From an uncultured SAR86 cluster bacterium (GTDB lineage Bacteria; Pseudomonadota; Gammaproteobacteria; Magnimaribacterales; D2472), in contig CACHII010000002.1 of NCBI GenBank assembly GCA_902579825.1, positions 15,820 through 79,819 of the forward strand: a DNA stretch of 64,000 nucleotides. The letters run 5' to 3'. Below the pieces are notes generated by a model that saw only the letters and a list, made by a program, of their open reading frames with translations, ran no database searches and was not told the DNA's origin. Of the stretch, positions 59,934 through 64,000 are shown in pieces; position 1 is the first letter of the stretch, and the number at the start of each line of letters is the position of its first letter. The position numbers were made by a program, and so were the translations under genes.

Positions 59934-60560
59934 ATGTTAGGCACACATAAAAATATTTTAGTTCTTTTTTTTATCCTTTTTATAACTTTTTCAATTCAAT
60001 CTGAGGAGAATCCTTATATTTTTATTGATACTAATGCACAAAAAATGGTTGAAATGCTTACCGCAGACGCTGATTTATTTGAGACTAATAGAGAGGAATA
60101 CGAAAATAAAATAAAAATAATTTTTGAGCCCATGATTGACTTTAGAAGAGTGTCTGCAAGCGTGATGGGTAAAAAATATTATTTAATGGCAACTCCTGAG
60201 CAAAGATCTAATTTTATGAATATTTTTAAAAATTCATTACTTGATACATATGCTGAGACATTGGCTCAATGGGGCGATTCTTCAATATCTACAAATTTTC
60301 CTGATGAATTACCAGTAAATGGGATATTAAATGTTGAGGTTAAGCAAACATTAGATACAGGAACTAGCAAATATCCTATATCTTATAAATTAAGAAAAAG
60401 TTCAGAAGGCTGGAAAATAGTAAATATAATAATTAATGGTGTTAATTTGGGCCTTACATTTAGAAATCAATTCCAAGCATTAGCAAAATCTCATGACGAA
60501 AATATTGAAGCTACTCTTGAAAATTGGGTTTCAGATGCCGGAGATGCAGGTATCACATAA
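59934..60560 (+). CDS. mlaC: periplasmic phospholipid-binding protein MlaC (Ttg2D family)
   Basis: Signal peptide, then FDF-type motif IDFRRVSASVMGKKYY...TPEQRSNF...F...L..TYA and WKIVNIIINGVNLGLTFRNQF. It is followed by ibaG-murA, as in E. coli and Pseudomonas. Confidence 0.75.
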   Translation: MLGTHKNILVLFFILFITFSIQSEENPYIFIDTNAQKMVEMLTADADLFETNREEYENKIKIIFEPMIDFRRVSASVMGKKYYLMATPEQRSNFMNIFKNSLLDTYAETLAQWGDSSISTNFPDELPVNGILNVEVKQTLDTGTSKYPISYKLRKSSEGWKIVNIIINGVNLGLTFRNQFQALAKSHDENIEATLENWVSDAGDAGIT

Positions 60561-60561
60561 A

Positions 60562-60777
60562 ATGAAAGAAAGAATTGAAAATATTATCAAAAAAAATATA
60601 CCTGACGCGGTTTGTGAATTTCAAGGCGATTCATGCAGTCTAAAATTGCAAGTATCATCTGGAATATTTTCTAGAATGACTTTAATTAATCAACATAGAA
60701 CTATTATGAGCTTGTTAAATGATGAGTTTAAATCAGGTGAGTTACATGCTTTAAGTCTTGAAACCAGAGTTATCTAG
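60562..60777 (+). CDS. ibaG: BolA-family protein IbaG (YrbA)
   Basis: 71 aa from ATG 60562 (MKERIENIIKKNIP...GDSCSLKLQVSSGIFSRMTLINQHRTIMSLL...ELHALSL), directly upstream of murA. Confidence 0.7.
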   Translation: MKERIENIIKKNIPDAVCEFQGDSCSLKLQVSSGIFSRMTLINQHRTIMSLLNDEFKSGELHALSLETRVI

Positions 60778-60779
60778 CA

Positions 60780-62039
60780 ATGGAAAAATTATTAATAAAG
60801 GGAGGTAGCTCCTTATCAGGAAAAATCTCTTGTTCAGGAGCAAAAAATGCAGCTTTACCTATGATAGCATCAACAATCCTGAGCAACGAGAGCGTAGTTT
60901 TAAAAAATTTACCTTATTTACAAGATATCACAACAATGTTTGAGTTACTGGGATCAATGGGGGCCGAAATTTTGTTAGATGAAAATATGGACTTCACTAT
61001 CTCGTCATTTAACCTTAAAGACATTCAAGCAAGGTATGAATTAGTTAAGACTATGAGAGCATCTATATTGGTTTTGGGTCCTTTAGTTGCAAAGTATGGT
61101 AAGGCTCGAATTGCTTTACCTGGCGGCTGTGCTATTGGTTCTAGGCCAGTAAATTACCACTTGGATGCTTTAAAACAACTTGGTGCAAAAATAAAATTGA
61201 AAAATGGATATATTGAGGCATCTTCTAATAAGTTAATTGGATCTAATATTAGATTTGATGGCATTACTGTTACTGGAACTGAAAATATTATGATGGCTGC
61301 CACACTTGCTCAAGGCGAGACTGTTCTTACGAATGTAGCAAAAGAACCTGAAATAATTGACCTTGCCGACATGTTGAATTCCATGGGTGCCAATATTACA
61401 GGGGCTGGAACAGATGAAATTACGATTAAGGGCGTTAATGAACTTTTTGGGACTAGCTTTACAATACCTGCTGATAGAATTGAAGCCGGAACATATCTTG
61501 TAGCAGCTGCTGTTACTAACGGAAGTATTACAATTGATAGCATTAATCCAAATAGATTAATGAAAGTTATTAATATGATAGAAAGAAGTGGATCAAAAAT
61601 CAGTTTTGATGATAATTCGATTTCTATTTCAATGAATAAAGATCGTCCAAATCCGGTAGATATAACTACCGCACCATTCCCTGAATTTCCAACAGACATG
61701 CAAGCACAATTTTCAGTTATAAATGCTATATCTAGTGGAGTTTCAAATATTTATGAAACTGTTTTTGAAAATAGATTTATGCATATTTTAGAGTTAAATA
61801 GGATGGGATGCGATATTGAAGTGAAGGGCAATCATGCGATTATTAATGGAGTTGAGTCAATATATGGAGCTGAAGTAATGGCTACTGACTTAAGAGCTTC
61901 TGCAAGTTTGATTCTTGCAGGTTTGCGTGCAAAAGGAGAGACAGTTGTTGATAGAATTTATCATATTGATAGAGGCTATGAGCGTATTGAGGAGAAATTG
62001 AATTATTTAGGTGCAAATATTGTCAGACTTCCGTCTTAG
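60780..62039 (+). CDS. murA: UDP-N-acetylglucosamine 1-carboxyvinyltransferase
   Basis: 419 aa with GAKNAALP, the active-site loop LPGGCAIGSRPV, FPTDMQAQ and the C-terminal IDRGYERIEEKL. Confidence 0.97.
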   Translation: MEKLLIKGGSSLSGKISCSGAKNAALPMIASTILSNESVVLKNLPYLQDITTMFELLGSMGAEILLDENMDFTISSFNLKDIQARYELVKTMRASILVLGPLVAKYGKARIALPGGCAIGSRPVNYHLDALKQLGAKIKLKNGYIEASSNKLIGSNIRFDGITVTGTENIMMAATLAQGETVLTNVAKEPEIIDLADMLNSMGANITGAGTDEITIKGVNELFGTSFTIPADRIEAGTYLVAAAVTNGSITIDSINPNRLMKVINMIERSGSKISFDDNSISISMNKDRPNPVDITTAPFPEFPTDMQAQFSVINAISSGVSNIYETVFENRFMHILELNRMGCDIEVKGNHAIINGVESIYGAEVMATDLRASASLILAGLRAKGETVVDRIYHIDRGYERIEEKLNYLGANIVRLPS

Positions 62040-62040
62040 T

Positions 62041-63015
62041 TTAATCATTAGTTTCAAATTTTAAATTAAGAATTTTATTACTAGTAGTTAAAATATTTAA
62101 TTCCAATTCTTCGCCAAGGGTGGCAAATCTTAAAGAGCTAATTAAGTTATTCCAGTCGCTGGTTTCATTATTGATCTTAATTATAATATCGTTGGTCCTA
62201 ATTCCATTTTCATATAGAGGTCCAACACTCTCCATTTCAACAATTTTAAGACCTTCGATAATTTTATTGTCCTGTCTATACATAACTTTAGCTACACGAA
62301 AGTTACCAATCCATAGACTTTTAACCTCTCCAAATCTAATAAGCTGTGTAGAAATTTGAACAACAAGATTTGAAGGTATTGCAAAACCAATTCCTTGATA
62401 TGCACCAGTTTTAGAAAAAATTTTTGAATTTATTCCAATTAGATTGCCATTTTCATTTATTAAAGCGCCACCCGAATTGCCTGGATTGATGGCTGCATCT
62501 GTTTGAATTAATTGTAGATATGGGTTTCCATAATCTCTTCCAGTAGCGCTTATAATGCCACTAGATACTGAAGTACCAATTCCATATGGATTTCCAATAG
62601 CAAGCACTCTATCTCCTACCTTTAAATTATCTGAGTCAGCAAAATTAATTGGATTTAAGGGTTCATCAGTAGAAATTTTTAAAACTGCAATGTCAGCATT
62701 TTTATCAATACCAATAATGCTGGCTGAATAGTTCTTACCATTATTAAGTTTAACATCAATATTATTACCAGAAAGTATATGTAAGTTAGTTACAATATAT
62801 CCCTCCTCAGAAAAAATAACCCCCGAACCCATCCCGTTTTTATTTGATGAATATGTTTGATTATTTATTGAAGATATTGTCACAACTGAGGATATAGATT
62901 TCTCAGATGCAGATACTAATTTGTTATTGTCATTAGATATAAAGTACCATGTTGCAGAAAATATTAAAAATATAATAATTAAGTAATTTAAACTAAATGT
63001 TTGGAATGATTTCAT
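62041..63015 (-). CDS. DegS/AlgW-like membrane-anchored S1C serine endoprotease with one PDZ domain
   Basis: N-terminal TM anchor; TNLHIL (His), DIAVLKI (Asp) and GNSGGALIN (Ser) catalytic motifs; a single C-terminal PDZ. The start is either ATG 63015 or GTG 63027. Confidence 0.8.
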   Translation of the reverse strand: MKSFQTFSLNYLIIIFLIFSATWYFISNDNNKLVSASEKSISSVVTISSINNQTYSSNKNGMGSGVIFSEEGYIVTNLHILSGNNIDVKLNNGKNYSASIIGIDKNADIAVLKISTDEPLNPINFADSDNLKVGDRVLAIGNPYGIGTSVSSGIISATGRDYGNPYLQLIQTDAAINPGNSGGALINENGNLIGINSKIFSKTGAYQGIGFAIPSNLVVQISTQLIRFGEVKSLWIGNFRVAKVMYRQDNKIIEGLKIVEMESVGPLYENGIRTNDIIIKINNETSDWNNLISSLRFATLGEELELNILTTSNKILNLKFETND

Positions 63016-63016
63016 A

Positions 63017-64000
63017 ATGTCAGACACTCAAAATATCATTGATAAACTTAAAAACCAAGGATTGGAGCCCAATTTAAATCAAATTAAGCTTATTTCAAAC
63101 TTAAATAGAATAAATTTAAAAAAAAGAAAGATTTTTAAAATTAATAGATTAAAGAATGATGATCTTAATGGAATTTATATTTGGGGTGATGTGGGAAGAG
63201 GTAAAACACTTATCACAAGTGAGTATTTAAGCCTAAATGATGATTTTAGAATTAAAGATTTTCATTACATTGACTTTATGAATTTTGTGCATGACGAGCT
63301 TAATAATCATAGTGGATCCAAAAATCCACTTAAAATAGTAACAAAATCTCTTTTTAATAGTTATGACTTATTATTTATTGATGAGTTTCAAGTTGAGGAT
63401 GTCGCAGATGCAATGATTGTTGGAGATTTGTTAAATAAAATTGTTGATAAAGGAATGAAAATAATATTGACATCTAATGCTCATCCAAATGATTTATATG
63501 AAAACGGACTTCAGAGGCAAAAATTCATAAAATCAATGAATATTTTTGCAGATAAAATAAAAATTTTTAAACTTGAAGGTGATGTAGATTATAGAACACA
63601 AAATCTTATAGAGCTTAACAAAAATGATATAGGAAGTAGATATTCAGAACATGAAATACTTAATATTATTACAAATAATTTTGGTTTGGATTTTATTAAG
63701 AGTGAAAGTATTGAAATTAATAACCGTAAGTTCAAATGCAAACTTGCATTAAAAAATTTACTTTGGATAGAATTTAACTCATTTTTTCAACAGCCGCTTG
63801 GATCAAGTGACTATAAGTTCATATCTGAAAAGTTTGATTGGGTGTTTATAAACAACTTTGATGTTTGTAGCGATGAAAAAATAGACTTAGTTAGAAGATT
63901 TATATCATTTATTGATATCGCATATATTGAAAAAGTAAAAGTAAAGTTTTTCTTCAATAAAATTAAAGACAAAGATATTTATTCCGGTGATAGACTAGAA
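63017..64000 (+). CDS. zapE: cell-division ATPase ZapE (AFG1-like), 3'-truncated by the window edge
   Basis: Manual translation is open from ATG 63017 to the window end (328 codons). Motifs: GIYIWGDVGRGKT Walker A, LLFIDEFQVEDVADAM Walker B, TSNAHPNDLYENGLQRQKF. It is absent from the ORF track because there is no stop codon in the window. Confidence 0.8.
   Translation, partial: MSDTQNIIDKLKNQGLEPNLNQIKLISNLNRINLKKRKIFKINRLKNDDLNGIYIWGDVGRGKTLITSEYLSLNDDFRIKDFHYIDFMNFVHDELNNHSGSKNPLKIVTKSLFNSYDLLFIDEFQVEDVADAMIVGDLLNKIVDKGMKIILTSNAHPNDLYENGLQRQKFIKSMNIFADKIKIFKLEGDVDYRTQNLIELNKNDIGSRYSEHEILNIITNNFGLDFIKSESIEINNRKFKCKLALKNLLWIEFNSFFQQPLGSSDYKFISEKFDWVFINNFDVCSDEKIDLVRRFISFIDIAYIEKVKVKFFFNKIKDKDIYSGDRLE

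Overview
The window is visibly AT-rich (G+C not computed) and extremely gene-dense. I call about 66 protein genes and 4 tRNAs. Most intergenic gaps are under 30 bp, and there are many ATGA/TAATG start-stop overlaps.

The content is core housekeeping. Gene order is colinear with well-known gammaproteobacterial (Pseudomonas/E. coli-type) blocks:
- holD?-rimI
- valS-pepA<>lptFG
- dapE-dapD-glnD-map
- carAB-greA-rlmE-ftsH-glmM-tpiA-secG-tRNALeu
- tRNAfMet-rimP-nusA-infB-rbfA-truB-rpsO-pnp
- ychF-pth-rplY-prs-tRNAGln-ispE-lolB<>hemA-prfA-prmC
- gatCAB<>mreBCD-yhdP-like
- mgtE-rpoN-lptB-lptA-kdsD<>mlaC-ibaG-murA
- degS-like<>zapE

By inference this is a streamlined marine gammaproteobacterium (SAR86-like is a guess).

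I see no mobile elements, CRISPR arrays, defence islands or biosynthetic clusters, and no convincing large novel system.

The points most worth a second look:
1. A tandem pair of paralogous two-helix mini-proteins with an intercistronic 11-bp hairpin, lying between pnp and tRNA-Met.
2. Stripped-down envelope-lipid loci: a single LptA/LptC-like gene, an orphan mlaC and a short YhdP-like protein.
3. A ValRS that lacks the whole C-terminal tRNA-binding extension.
4. Two identical TGCTATAAT-N6-ATG arrangements (greA, mlaC) that suggest leaderless mRNAs.
5. Head-to-head and tail-to-tail gene overlaps.
6. Two unannotated small ORFs in the only unusually long spacers.

All homology calls come from motif recognition by eye, not from database searches.
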